DNA from: a virus
Taxonomy: Duplodnaviria; Caudoviricetes
IMG/VR virus record: IMGVR_UViG_2643221578_000002
Location: 1-64,000 of that record
DNA length: 64,000 bases
Reading direction: 5' to 3' (one strand)
In this document: positions 28,709 to 37,762 of the stretch, piece after piece
Numbering within the stretch: the first letter of the stretch is position 1
Layout: every line of letters starts with the position of its first letter
Notes under the pieces: model-generated
What the model was told of the DNA's origin: nothing
Databases searched by the model: none
What the model saw: only the letters and a program-made list of their open reading frames with translations
Position numbers and translations under genes: made by a program

Positions 28709-28740
28709 AGCCCCTCACCCCGGAGCGGGTGAGGGGCTTT
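28709..28740. terminator. intrinsic terminator between convergent genes
   Basis: AAGCCCCTCACCC-loop-GGGTGAGGGGCTTT. Confidence 0.75.
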
Positions 28741-28741
28741 G

Positions 28742-29176
28742 TTACGTTCGGTCAGCGTCAGCGTCAGCGTCAGCGGGAAGTGCCTCGTCGAGGTAGTCCT
28801 GCACCGGCCCGAACAGCCCATACGGCACGTACTCCGGGATGTCCCCGTGCCGGATCCACGCCACGGCGGCGATCTCTTCGGCGTCCCCGACGATCGCGTC
28901 ACCGGAGATCAGCTCGCACGCCACGTAGGTCATCGGCACCCCTGTCTGTGGGTGGACCCGGTCGCCGAGGATGCGCACGGCCTTGACCTCCAGGCCGACC
29001 TCCTCAGCCGTCTCCCGGACCGCGGCCTGCTCCGGAGTCTCCTCGCCCTCGATGCCGCCGCCGGGGAATGCCCACAGCAACTTTCCCTCCCGCACCTGCC
29101 GCCGGATCATCAGCACCCGCCCGCCGTCCACGATGATCGCCGTGGAGACGGGGGGCTGAACAGTCTGCTCGGTCAC
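28742..29176 (-). CDS. NUDIX hydrolase
   Basis: intact Nudix box G-x5-E-x7-RETAEEVGL. Confidence 0.9.
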   Translation of the reverse strand: MTEQTVQPPVSTAIIVDGGRVLMIRRQVREGKLLWAFPGGGIEGEETPEQAAVRETAEEVGLEVKAVRILGDRVHPQTGVPMTYVACELISGDAIVGDAEEIAAVAWIRHGDIPEYVPYGLFGPVQDYLDEALPADADADADRT

Positions 29177-29808
29177 GCTGCCTCCAAGGCACTCAGAATC
29201 GGGGGGTAGATGTTCTCGGCCGGAATGAACCGGGTCAGGCTGGCGAGGGGCACCCAGGCGACGTCCATGTTCTCGACCGCGTCCAGGTTGCTGGCCTCAC
29301 CGGCGAGATAGTCGCAGAGGACGTAGCTGGCGAGCACCCCGGTTTTCGGGTGTACCCGGGTGCCGAGCTCCTCGCGGACGGCAACGTGGACCCCGGTCTC
29401 CGCGTGGGTCTCCTGCACAGCCACCGCGGTGACGGCGGCGCCCGGCTTGCACATCCCGGCCGGGAACTGCCAGGACAGCGCGTCGTCGCCGCGGCGGCAC
29501 ACAAGGAGCACCTCGGCCCCGCGCAGAACCACGGCGATAGCGACCCGCAGGGACTGGGCGGGAGTGGCCGCAGGACTTGGCCTGAGCAGCAGGTTGAACC
29601 GGTGGCGCACAGTGTCGGCGGCCCTCTCGTAGGCAGTGTCAAGGATCTGCTGCATGTCCGGCCGCAGCGCCCCGTCAGGCTCGGCGTGCCACTTCCCCAC
29701 GGTGCGCACCGACACCCCAAGGTGATCGGCGAACGCTTCCTGGGTCATCCGGAATGCCTGCTGTAGAGCGCAGGCCTTCCGGCCGTCCCATGCATCGATG
29801 ACGTTCAC
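29173..29808 (-). CDS. XRE HTH-NUDIX fusion with degenerate Nudix box
   Basis: MTQEAFADHLGVSVRTVGKW HTH; box reads GMCKPGAAVTAVAVQETHAETGV. Confidence 0.85.
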   Translation of the reverse strand: MNVIDAWDGRKACALQQAFRMTQEAFADHLGVSVRTVGKWHAEPDGALRPDMQQILDTAYERAADTVRHRFNLLLRPSPAATPAQSLRVAIAVVLRGAEVLLVCRRGDDALSWQFPAGMCKPGAAVTAVAVQETHAETGVHVAVREELGTRVHPKTGVLASYVLCDYLAGEASNLDAVENMDVAWVPLASLTRFIPAENIYPPILSALEAA

Positions 29809-29982
29809 TATCCGGCCCCAGCTGTCTCGTTGGTGGCGTTCTTCGTGATCCGTGCCGACCCGCTGCCGGAAGCGCGCCGACCGGGCGGCAGGTGTGCTGC
29901 TGGCCGCCGCTTGCGCTCATGGTCCGGTAAGCCGGCCGCCGGTTGACTTGAGGGCATGACAGGGACTCCTCCCGATCGGGGC

Positions 29983-30210
29983 TCAGGCCTTTCGCTGCCG
30001 ATCGATTTCGTCGGCGATCTTCCGCGCCCACTCCCGGCTGTAGGGGGTGTGCTCCGCAATCGACGTCAATGGAACGCCGGCGGCGCGCGCGTCGGCGACG
30101 AGCTCGTCGAGCTGTCGGCGCGTCTTCTCGTGCGCCGAGCTGGCTCGGTCAAGCCGTCGCAGCCATGGCTGCCGTTCCTTCTCGTCGAGCCTCGCGGGCG
30201 TACCTGTCAT
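29983..30210 (-). CDS. small HTH repressor (Kor-like) divergent from the transfer operon
   Basis: LVADARAAGVPLTSIAEHTPYSREWARKI HTH; start uncertain (TTG at 30240 possible). Confidence 0.7.
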   Translation of the reverse strand: MTGTPARLDEKERQPWLRRLDRASSAHEKTRRQLDELVADARAAGVPLTSIAEHTPYSREWARKIADEIDRQRKA

Positions 30211-30234
30211 GTCCGGAATGGTCTCACGTTCTAC

Positions 30235-30333
30235 CGCCAACTGAATAGGCGCTCGCCGTTGAACTCGCAGTGCCAAGTTAGTTGCACTCTGCGCTCTCGC
30301 TGTGCCACTATCGAAGTGCCAAGAAAGTTGGCA
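30235..30333. promoter_or_regulatory. three 17-bp operators (TGCCAA-N5-TTGGCA) and rightward promoter
   Basis: 30235-30251, 30271-30287, 30317-30333; TTGCAC(30282)-18 bp-CACTAT(30306). Confidence 0.7.
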
Positions 30334-30360
30334 GTCGCTCTCCGGAGGGAAGACCCCGCC

Positions 30361-30615
30361 ATGCCCAAGCTCGCCAGCACGAACCGCAGCACCAACGACT
30401 ATCCGATGTCGCAGGCGGACGTCGACGCCCACCGGGAATCGACGCACTTCCGCCGCCCGGCCCAGGTCGACATGTCGAACCTGAACGGCCCGCTGATCCG
30501 GGAGGCCGCCGAGTCCGGTGGCCTGCTGGAACTGCGCGACTCGTCCCGCCCCGACGTGGCGCCGATCATCCTGGACGACTTCCTGATGGCCGTCATGCGC
30601 GGCGAGATCCAGTGA
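30361..30615 (+). CDS. hypothetical protein, first gene of the transfer operon
   Basis: GGAGGG RBS downstream of the promoter. Confidence 0.65.
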   Translation: MPKLASTNRSTNDYPMSQADVDAHRESTHFRRPAQVDMSNLNGPLIREAAESGGLLELRDSSRPDVAPIILDDFLMAVMRGEIQ

Positions 30616-30749
30616 GCGCCACGGCCGAGCAGTCCCGCGAGAACACGATCGTCGCGGAGCCCGCCACCCCGGACGCCTGCCGCCGCGATTACCAGGCTGC
30701 GGCTGATGTTCGGGCGCAGATGGCCCGGCAGGAAGCCCGCCGCCGGTAG
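30612..30749 (+). CDS. small hypothetical protein
   Basis: GTGA overlap. Confidence 0.55.
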   Translation: MSATAEQSRENTIVAEPATPDACRRDYQAAADVRAQMARQEARRR

Positions 30750-30860
30750 CACCCCCTAGTCCGCCGCTCCTGCCCGGTGTCCGACCCCCGTCCCGGGCGG
30801 GAGCGGCTCTCCACCCCCACCTTTCTTCTTCACTCCACCACCCACTCGAAGGGCACCCCC

Positions 30861-31154
30861 ATGTCTCCTTACGTCTCGAACGTCACCGACCTGTTCTCCG
30901 GTGACCTCGCCACCATCTCCGCAACGATCCACGGCGCCGGCCGGGACATCCTCAACGCCGACATCGACCTGACCCGCCAGGAGGCGGACGGTATCGACGC
31001 GGCGGAGATCGTCACCCACTACGTGGCGGCCCGCGGCGACTACGGCATCCAGCGGTGGCTGCGGAACCTGGCCGCCGAGCACGACGCGGCGCAGCCGTTC
31101 GGGCCGCGGCTGCTGGACGAGCTGGACGGGCTGTCGACGCCGGCTGCGGCCTGA
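30861..31154 (+). CDS. hypothetical protein
   Basis: GAAGGG RBS. Confidence 0.65.
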   Translation: MSPYVSNVTDLFSGDLATISATIHGAGRDILNADIDLTRQEADGIDAAEIVTHYVAARGDYGIQRWLRNLAAEHDAAQPFGPRLLDELDGLSTPAAA

Positions 31155-31246
31155 CCTCCGGCCTGCCCTGTCGTCCCCAACCCCGGGCTGGTGGCGGCGG
31201 AGTGGCCCGGGAGTCACCCGGACCCAACACCACTAAGGAGAACCCC

Positions 31247-31417
31247 ATGTTCGGACGTAAGACGGACAGGCAGTGCGCCCAGGCTGCTGTGGCCGCCGCG
31301 ATCGTCACCGGAACCCAGTCGGGGACCAAGCAGGTCATCACGGAGTCCCTGACCCGCGAGGAGATGGCCCGGGCCAAGGCCTACCTGGAGTCCGGCCAGC
31401 CCATCACCGGCAAGTAG
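31247..31417 (+). CDS. small hypothetical protein
   Basis: TAAGGAG RBS. Confidence 0.6.
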   Translation: MFGRKTDRQCAQAAVAAAIVTGTQSGTKQVITESLTREEMARAKAYLESGQPITGK

Positions 31418-31426
31418 GGGCCACCC

Positions 31427-31819
31427 GTGTTCGCCACCCTGTTCGTGCTGCTGTGCGTCGCCCATTTGCTCGCGGACTACCCGTTTCAGACGGATCACCA
31501 GGCCAAGCACAAGGCGGACGGTGGGGCGGCAGGGTGGCGGGCCAGCCTGGCCCACGCCGGAACGCACCTGGTGGTCTCCGTGCTGGTCCTGCTGGTCGGG
31601 CAGATCGCCCTCGGCCTGGACCTCGGCCTCCTGCCCGCCGCCGCAGCCCTGCTGTGGATTGCCGGTACGCACGCCGTTATCGACCGCCGGTGGCCTGTCG
31701 CCCGCTGGATGAGGTTCGCCCGGCAAACCGGGTGGGCGCAGAACGGTGGGTCCGCCCACGTCGACCAGACCGCACACATCACCGCCATCTGCATTGCCGC
31801 ACTCGCACTCGCCGCCTGA
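31427..31819 (+). CDS. DUF3307-like membrane protein
   Basis: AHLLADYPFQT, H..ID, VDQTAH motifs; several TM segments. Confidence 0.75.
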   Translation: MFATLFVLLCVAHLLADYPFQTDHQAKHKADGGAAGWRASLAHAGTHLVVSVLVLLVGQIALGLDLGLLPAAAALLWIAGTHAVIDRRWPVARWMRFARQTGWAQNGGSAHVDQTAHITAICIAALALAA

Positions 31820-31836
31820 CCCAAGGAGACCCCGCC

Positions 31837-32058
31837 ATGACCACGCAGACCGAGACGACCAAGACCCCGCAGGAGATCGGCGCCCACGCGCTGGCGAAGG
31901 CTGTGAAGTACGCCGACCGGGCCGACCGGTACGCCAACAGCGAGCGCGGCACCGACGAGTTCAACCACGGCCGCGTCGCCACCTATGGCGGGCTTGCCGC
32001 CGTCTACGCCGAGGTTGCCAAGGCCGCCGCTGCGCTCGCCGCCGAGACCAGCCGGTAG
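31837..32058 (+). CDS. hypothetical protein
   Basis: AAGGAG RBS. Confidence 0.65.
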   Translation: MTTQTETTKTPQEIGAHALAKAVKYADRADRYANSERGTDEFNHGRVATYGGLAAVYAEVAKAAAALAAETSR

Positions 32059-32062
32059 TCCC

Positions 32063-32371
32063 GTGCACCCGTACCTGATCACCGCGAAGCCCGGATGGTT
32101 CCGGCGTACCGCCACTGGGGTGCGGGTGTGGACCCTCCGGTTTCTTGCCCTGGCTGTGATGACCGTGCTGGGGGTGGTGGTCCTCCTGGTCCGCTGCGCC
32201 CGCCCGGTCGTCAACTACCTGGCCACCCGCCTGATCTTCCTGGAGTTGTGGGCGGCCCAACGCCTCGGCCGGCCCCCGGTCAGCGGGTTCGTCGGGGCCG
32301 GGATCACCGACGAGTTCGTCGCCGAGTTTCACCGCGCCCGCCAACACGCCACCGCTGGGAGCCCCACATGA
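32063..32371 (+). CDS. membrane protein
   Basis: one TM segment; coupled to next gene. Confidence 0.55.
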   Translation: MHPYLITAKPGWFRRTATGVRVWTLRFLALAVMTVLGVVVLLVRCARPVVNYLATRLIFLELWAAQRLGRPPVSGFVGAGITDEFVAEFHRARQHATAGSPT

Positions 32372-32763
32372 ACCTGCCCCGCCCTGTCGCCGACCTGATC
32401 TGCCTCACCCGGGACCTTGTCCGCCACCCGCGGATGGTGCTCCTGAACCGGGGCCACCACCGGTGGACCAGTGCCGGTGTCATCGCCGCCGCGGCCGTCA
32501 CCTCGACCGGCACCCCGGCCGGCCACCACATCCTCGCCGCCGCGTTATTCGTCGCCGGACCGTTCTGGGCGCTCGACATGATCGGCGCCTTCGCCCACGG
32601 GCTGTGGCAGTCCGGCCGGATCTGGTCGGACCTGGAGTGCCAGTGCTGCGGTGACGACCCCGACGACGAAGACGACGACCCCTACCCGGACCAGCCGGAA
32701 GACGACGGCGGACTCGCCGCCGACGTTGCGGACTGGCTCAAGACGCAGACCGCGAACCGCTAA
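32368..32763 (+). CDS. membrane protein with acidic tail; contains a TTA codon
   Basis: ATGA overlap; hydrophobic core; in-frame TTA at 32545. Confidence 0.6.
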   Translation: MNLPRPVADLICLTRDLVRHPRMVLLNRGHHRWTSAGVIAAAAVTSTGTPAGHHILAAALFVAGPFWALDMIGAFAHGLWQSGRIWSDLECQCCGDDPDDEDDDPYPDQPEDDGGLAADVADWLKTQTANR

Positions 32764-32779
32764 CCCGAAGGGCACCGCC

Positions 32780-33145
32780 ATGATCGCGCAGACCGCCTGG
32801 CCCGAGAACGTCATCGCCCGCTACCTCACCATCGGCGGTGCCACCGTCGACCTCACGCACGTCGCTATCACCGAGGACACCAAGGCGACCCGTAGTACGT
32901 GCACCGGGTGCCTGACCACCGAGCGCAGCCATTGGCGCAACCAGTACCCCAGCAGCACCGGCGGCTACGTCGACTTCCAGGACCGCGACAAGGGCGACCG
33001 CAACGCCCGGGAGTGGGCGCAGTCCCACGCCGATACGTGCCGGGCACTCCCCATGCCTTCGGCTGAGTCCGCGTCCGTACCGCCCGCCGCCGAGCCCGAG
33101 CCGAAGCGCCGCCTCTGGTTCCCCACCCGCCGCAAGACCGCCTGA
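32780..33145 (+). CDS. Streptomyces plasmid/AICE-type zinc-binding protein
   Basis: WPENVIARYLTIGGATVDL...CTGC...WAQSHADTCRALP pattern. Confidence 0.65.
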   Translation: MIAQTAWPENVIARYLTIGGATVDLTHVAITEDTKATRSTCTGCLTTERSHWRNQYPSSTGGYVDFQDRDKGDRNAREWAQSHADTCRALPMPSAESASVPPAAEPEPKRRLWFPTRRKTA

Positions 33146-33175
33146 CCATCCACCCCAGGAAGGAACCGAACCGTC

Positions 33176-34531
33176 GTGACGACCAGCCCGCCCCAGGTGA
33201 ACGGCCACCGCCGCCGCATCCCCGTGATTACGGAGTGGCAGACGCTCTTGGCGCCCGCCGAGGAGCCGGTCGCCACCACCGAACCCGAGCCCCAGCCCGA
33301 ACTGGCCGCCCCCGCCATCGACCTTGTCGCCCAGGCCGAGGCCGACGCGATCCGCACCAAGGCCTACGCCGACGCCGAAGAGCAGCGCATCCGCGCCGAA
33401 GCCGAGGCCGAGGCCGCGAAGATCAAGGCGGCTGAGGAAGCCCGGAAGTTGAAGCTCGCCAACGACAAGGCCGAAGCCCGCGCCATCGAGGAGCAGAAAG
33501 CCCGCGACGCCCGCATCGCCGAGTCCGAACGGAAGCGAGCGGCAGCAGAGCGCGGCCACCAGGACGACGAGCGTGCCCACCACGAGCAGCAGCAGACCGC
33601 GGCAGCCGCCGAAGCGGACGTCGCCAAGGCGGCCAGCACCTGGCGCTTCTACGCGGTCATGTTCTACGCCGTGTGCGCGGTCGTCGCCCTTCCGGTGCAG
33701 ATCGCAGCGTTCTGGGACCCGACCGCCTGGTGGCTCGTCATCGCCCCGCTCATGCTCGAAGGCGCCGCGCTCGTAGTCACCAAGGGCGCTGCAGCAGCTG
33801 TTGCCGCGAACCGCCCGCACTGGCACTACCGCACCGTCGCCTGGGTGTTCGCGTTCATCGCCGCCGGGATCAACTTGAAGCACGGGTTGGACGCGTTCGA
33901 CCCGGCGACTGCCTTCGGCACTGCTTTTGCGTCGCTCGCCGGCCCCGGAGTGTGGGACCTCCACGAGCACGGTCGGATCCGGCGACGTGACGGTGTGCCC
34001 ACCCGGCGGGAGCGGCGCGCGGCGAAGAAGGCGGAGAAGGATCTGGCCGCTGCCAAGGCCGCGCAGCAGGCCCGTGAGGAGGCTCGCGAGAAGGCCCGGA
34101 AGGCGGCCATGGAGGCCATCGAGAAGCGGCTCGCTGAGCAGCGTGCCCAGGAGTTCCCAAACGAGTGGAAGTACGCACTGAAGCTCGCCATCGCTAAGGG
34201 CGAGACCACGGTCACCGAGCCCATCTGGGAGCAGACGTGGGCCGACCTCCACGCCGCGAATCCGGGCGTCACCGCGAACAGCGTCAGCGCCCGCAACGCC
34301 GCCGCGAAGCACATGCAGCGGGTCCTCGAACGCGACCCCGCGAACACGCCGAGCAGGCCTGCATCGTCGCAGCGTGTGATCCAAGTGAAGGACCCCGGCA
34401 GGCGATCTTCATACCGGCCCACGCCGCCCCGCCGGAAGCCCAACGACACCCCCAAGTTCCACCCCGTCGCGCGAGCCCTCGCAGCCGACGCGAAGCGCCA
34501 GTCGAACGCCTCCATCGAGGAGCAGAAGTGA
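33176..34531 (+). CDS. SpdB2/DUF2637-like coiled-coil plus 4-TM spread protein
   Basis: N-terminal coiled coil, four TM helices, basic C-terminus; coupled to traB-like gene. Confidence 0.65.
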   Translation: MTTSPPQVNGHRRRIPVITEWQTLLAPAEEPVATTEPEPQPELAAPAIDLVAQAEADAIRTKAYADAEEQRIRAEAEAEAAKIKAAEEARKLKLANDKAEARAIEEQKARDARIAESERKRAAAERGHQDDERAHHEQQQTAAAAEADVAKAASTWRFYAVMFYAVCAVVALPVQIAAFWDPTAWWLVIAPLMLEGAALVVTKGAAAAVAANRPHWHYRTVAWVFAFIAAGINLKHGLDAFDPATAFGTAFASLAGPGVWDLHEHGRIRRRDGVPTRRERRAAKKAEKDLAAAKAAQQAREEAREKARKAAMEAIEKRLAEQRAQEFPNEWKYALKLAIAKGETTVTEPIWEQTWADLHAANPGVTANSVSARNAAAKHMQRVLERDPANTPSRPASSQRVIQVKDPGRRSSYRPTPPRRKPNDTPKFHPVARALAADAKRQSNASIEEQK

Positions 34532-36600
34532 GCACCGAAGCCGAGCCGCTGACGATCCCCGTCGAGTGGACCGAGAAGGTCATCCCTGGGCAGCTCGTCC
34601 ACAACGCTGACGGCACCGTCGACGACATCGCCCCCGGTGTCCTCATCCCGTTCCCGGACCGCACCCCCGTCCTCCACCGGGCCGGGTCGGCAGCTATGGT
34701 CGTCGCCTCGGTAACCGGGCGGGCAGTGGGCCTCACCGCCTACGGATCCCTGGTTGCCGGCGGATGGTTCTGGGCCGGGCTGAAAGCAGGTGCGTACCTC
34801 GGCTACCGGTACGTCCGTGCCCGCGACCTTCAGGAAGTTCTGGGCGGGATGAACAAGGGCGCTGACTGGAACAAGGTGCAGATCGTGCGCCGGTCCCGGT
34901 GGCGGTTCCTCGGCTACGCCGCGGGTGTCACCGCCGCCCTCAACGTCGCCGGATGGATCGCCCTCGTCGCCGGCGCAGGCATGACCGCCCTCGACTACTC
35001 GTGGATGATCCCGCCCACCATCACCGGGGCCATCGCCGCCACCGCGACCGCCCTGTACGGGCGGTACCGGCTCAACGCCCCCGGCCTGGAAGCTGCCCAG
35101 GTCATCGCCGAGCAGGACGCCATCGGCTCCGACGAGCCGTTCCCCTTGTCGTACTGCGTCGGCGGGGAGCAGGTCATCGAATGCATCTCCCGAGCCCTGG
35201 CCGCCCACGGCATCGGCACCCGAGCCATCACTATCGTCGGCGCAAGGAACTGGGGCTGGGAGCTCGACGTCACTCTGCAGGGCTCCACTCCCGGCAAGGT
35301 CATGGCTGTGGCCGACGACCTTGAATCCGACCTGGGCCTGCCCGACGGCGGGTTCATGATGGAGCCCGACACGACGGACAAGTCTCGCATTACCGCCCGC
35401 CTCGTCCAGTCGAACCCGTTCGCCGACATGCCCGCTCCGGCCGTTCACGCCCCGCGGTCCCTGTCGGTTCACGACGTGGTCGTCATGGGGCGGACCATGG
35501 ATGGGTCACCGTTCGAGCTGACTCTGGACGGGTTCTGTGCTCTGATCATCGGCGCGATGGGGGCCGGTAAGACGCTGGGTGCGCTGCGGGCGATCAATGA
35601 GGCGCTCACCGCCTGCCGGGACGCCACGGTGTGGGACCTCGACCCGATCAAAGGCGGGCTCTCCGAGTTCGGGGACCTCATGTCCCGCCGGGCCCGGACC
35701 CCGGAGGAGTGCGAGGAAGCGCTTGAGGAGGCCCTCTCTTACGTGTCCGCCCGCCGCCACCTCATGGACAGCTTGAAGATGGGCGACCGGTGGCACGCCA
35801 CCGCGACACACCCGAACCTGTACATCAACGTCGATGAGTTCATCCAGCTCAGCCCCCGCGGCAAGGACTTGGCGATCAAGATTCTGCGGACCGGCCGCCA
35901 GTACGGCATCTACCTGATCATGGCCGGGCAGGAAGCGACCGCTGACGCCCTCGGTGACGCCGTCGCGATGCTGATCGCGTACCGGCTGCTTATGGCCTGC
36001 CGCTTCGAAGACATCAAGATCGCCTTCGGCCCTGGGGCAGGTAAGGAAGGGTGGCGCCCCGACCGCATGAAGCCCGCCGTCGGTCCCGTCGCTAACGACG
36101 CAGGCCAAGCCATGATCATGGGCGGGCCGTTCAACCGGGCCATCCGCTACCAGTTCGCCAAATACACCCGCGACCAGATCGCTGCAGCCGTACCCGACCG
36201 CGTCGCCGCCGGTGTCACCGCCATGGACTCCGACACGCTCCTCAAGGCCGGCGTCACCCTCACCGGCGGCGGCCAGCGGGCCAACCTCGCCGACCGGCTC
36301 GACGGCATCAGCCACCACCACGCCGTGGTCGTCGCGCAGCTACTGCGGACCTTCGAGGAGCACGAGGCCACCTTCCTGCCCACCAGCGAAGTGCTTCTCC
36401 CGGCCCTCGACGGCATGGAGGTCCCCGAGATGGACAGTGCCAAGCTCGCCCGGATCCTCCAGTCGCACGCCCCCATGGTGAAGGCCGGCCGCGGCAAGTG
36501 GGCCGACAACCCGCAGGTCCGCGGATGGTCCCGGGCGGCCGTCGAACAGGCCGCGGCGGGGCTGATCGACCCGTCTAAGGCCCGTCTTGAGGCCGCCTAA
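34528..36600 (+). CDS. traB: TraB-like FtsK/SpoIIIE conjugative DNA translocase
   Basis: N-terminal TM segments, Walker A GAMGAGKT, Walker B YINVDEF, LRTGRQYGI..IMAGQ, C-terminal wHTH-like region. Confidence 0.8.
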   Translation: MSTEAEPLTIPVEWTEKVIPGQLVHNADGTVDDIAPGVLIPFPDRTPVLHRAGSAAMVVASVTGRAVGLTAYGSLVAGGWFWAGLKAGAYLGYRYVRARDLQEVLGGMNKGADWNKVQIVRRSRWRFLGYAAGVTAALNVAGWIALVAGAGMTALDYSWMIPPTITGAIAATATALYGRYRLNAPGLEAAQVIAEQDAIGSDEPFPLSYCVGGEQVIECISRALAAHGIGTRAITIVGARNWGWELDVTLQGSTPGKVMAVADDLESDLGLPDGGFMMEPDTTDKSRITARLVQSNPFADMPAPAVHAPRSLSVHDVVVMGRTMDGSPFELTLDGFCALIIGAMGAGKTLGALRAINEALTACRDATVWDLDPIKGGLSEFGDLMSRRARTPEECEEALEEALSYVSARRHLMDSLKMGDRWHATATHPNLYINVDEFIQLSPRGKDLAIKILRTGRQYGIYLIMAGQEATADALGDAVAMLIAYRLLMACRFEDIKIAFGPGAGKEGWRPDRMKPAVGPVANDAGQAMIMGGPFNRAIRYQFAKYTRDQIAAAVPDRVAAGVTAMDSDTLLKAGVTLTGGGQRANLADRLDGISHHHAVVVAQLLRTFEEHEATFLPTSEVLLPALDGMEVPEMDSAKLARILQSHAPMVKAGRGKWADNPQVRGWSRAAVEQAAAGLIDPSKARLEAA

Positions 36601-36705
36601 CCCCCGTCTTCGCCCCGTCTAGGCCCCGGCTACCCGGAAACGCATCACCGCAGGTAGCCGGGCCATAGACGGCCCATAGCCGGGGACTAGACGGCCCATA
36701 GACGC
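36571..36705. repeat. inverted array of 11-bp-phased heptamers (putative clt)
   Basis: CCGNCTW at 36571, 36582, 36593, 36604, 36615, 36626; reverse complement TAGMCG(G/C) at 36655, 36666, 36677, 36688, 36699. Confidence 0.9.
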
Positions 36706-36751
36706 CCTATTGATCCATATATGCGAAGTCAGACGAGAGGATCCGCCGATC

Positions 36752-37540
36752 ATGCCCGCGAAGACCACCACCGCCCCCCGGAAGCCGCCCGCACGCCGCC
36801 GGAAGCCCGTCCCGCGCGCCCGCATCGGCAAAGGGCTCACCGTCCCCAAGTCGGTGCCCCTGCACGCCCGGCTCGGCATGCGCATGGCCATCCTCGCCGC
36901 CTCCCAGATGGACGCCCACAAAACCACCGTCATGAGCCGCAAAGACGCCGCGATCCTCCGCATGACCCACGAAGGGTGCCCCACCTGCCACGGCAACGGG
37001 CAGATCTTCACCAAGGGCAAGGACGGCGCGTTCACCGGGTCCAAGCCCTGCCCTGCCAAACCGACGAAGGCGAGGGCCAGTCGGGTCAAGGTCGCCCTCG
37101 CCGCCCGGTTCAGCCCCGACAAACGCACCGGGCTCGTCGGCTGGACCTGCCCCTGCGGCAAGAAGGAGAAGCCGAAGTTCCGGGACGCCAAGGAGGCCAC
37201 CAAAGCGCTCCGCGAGCACGAGAAGAAGAAGCATGGCGGGAAGACCGTCGGCGGCGCCTGGTACGGACAAGGAGCCGACCAGCCGGCCACCGACCCCAAG
37301 CCCGTCACCACAGGAGAGCCGGTCACCAAGACCGACGAGACGTCCTCGATGACCGACGAAGAGTGGGAAGCCCAGAACACCCCACTCGGCCAGAAAGCTG
37401 CCGCCACCCGCGGCGTGTGCTTCTGCTGCGGCGGCAAAGGGGCCCTCTACTCCGCCCGGAACAGCCAGCACACCACCACCGTCTGCCCGCTCTGCGCGGG
37501 CACCGGAAAGCACCGCGCCGACCAGACCACCACCGCATAG
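36752..37540 (+). CDS. basic protein with DnaJ-like CxxCxGxG zinc fingers
   Basis: CPTCHGNG, CFCCGGKG, CPLCAGTG. Confidence 0.75.
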   Translation: MPAKTTTAPRKPPARRRKPVPRARIGKGLTVPKSVPLHARLGMRMAILAASQMDAHKTTVMSRKDAAILRMTHEGCPTCHGNGQIFTKGKDGAFTGSKPCPAKPTKARASRVKVALAARFSPDKRTGLVGWTCPCGKKEKPKFRDAKEATKALREHEKKKHGGKTVGGAWYGQGADQPATDPKPVTTGEPVTKTDETSSMTDEEWEAQNTPLGQKAAATRGVCFCCGGKGALYSARNSQHTTTVCPLCAGTGKHRADQTTTA

Positions 37541-37549
37541 GAGACCTGC

Positions 37550-37753
37550 ATGCCGATCACGTTCCGCAAGAGCTTCCGGATCCTGCCCGGGGTCCGGCTC
37601 AACATCAACCGGCTGTCCTGGTCGATCACCCTCGGGGCCGGCCGCGGCCCCCGACACACGATCAGCAGCACCGGCCGCCGCACCACCTCGCTCGATCTGC
37701 CCGGCCCTCTGGGCTGGCGCTCGACCCGCACCCGCCGCAACCGCAACCACTAG
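37550..37753 (+). CDS. DUF4236-like small protein
   Basis: FRKSFRILPGVRLNI...S.DLPG pattern. Confidence 0.7.
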   Translation: MPITFRKSFRILPGVRLNINRLSWSITLGAGRGPRHTISSTGRRTTSLDLPGPLGWRSTRTRRNRNH

Positions 37754-37762
37754 GAGACCGCC

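Noticed and set aside
28751-28774. (GTCAGC)4 microsatellite as a phase-variation switch
   Set aside because: The 6-bp unit keeps frame and only encodes an ADADADAD tail at the NUDIX C-terminus
29808-30059. 83-aa minus-strand ORF between the repressor and HTH-NUDIX gene
   Set aside because: Low complexity, overlaps the repressor 3' end and has no motif
36571-36705. Possible mini-CRISPR array
   Set aside because: Units are 7 bp with 4-bp linkers, there are no unique spacers and no cas genes
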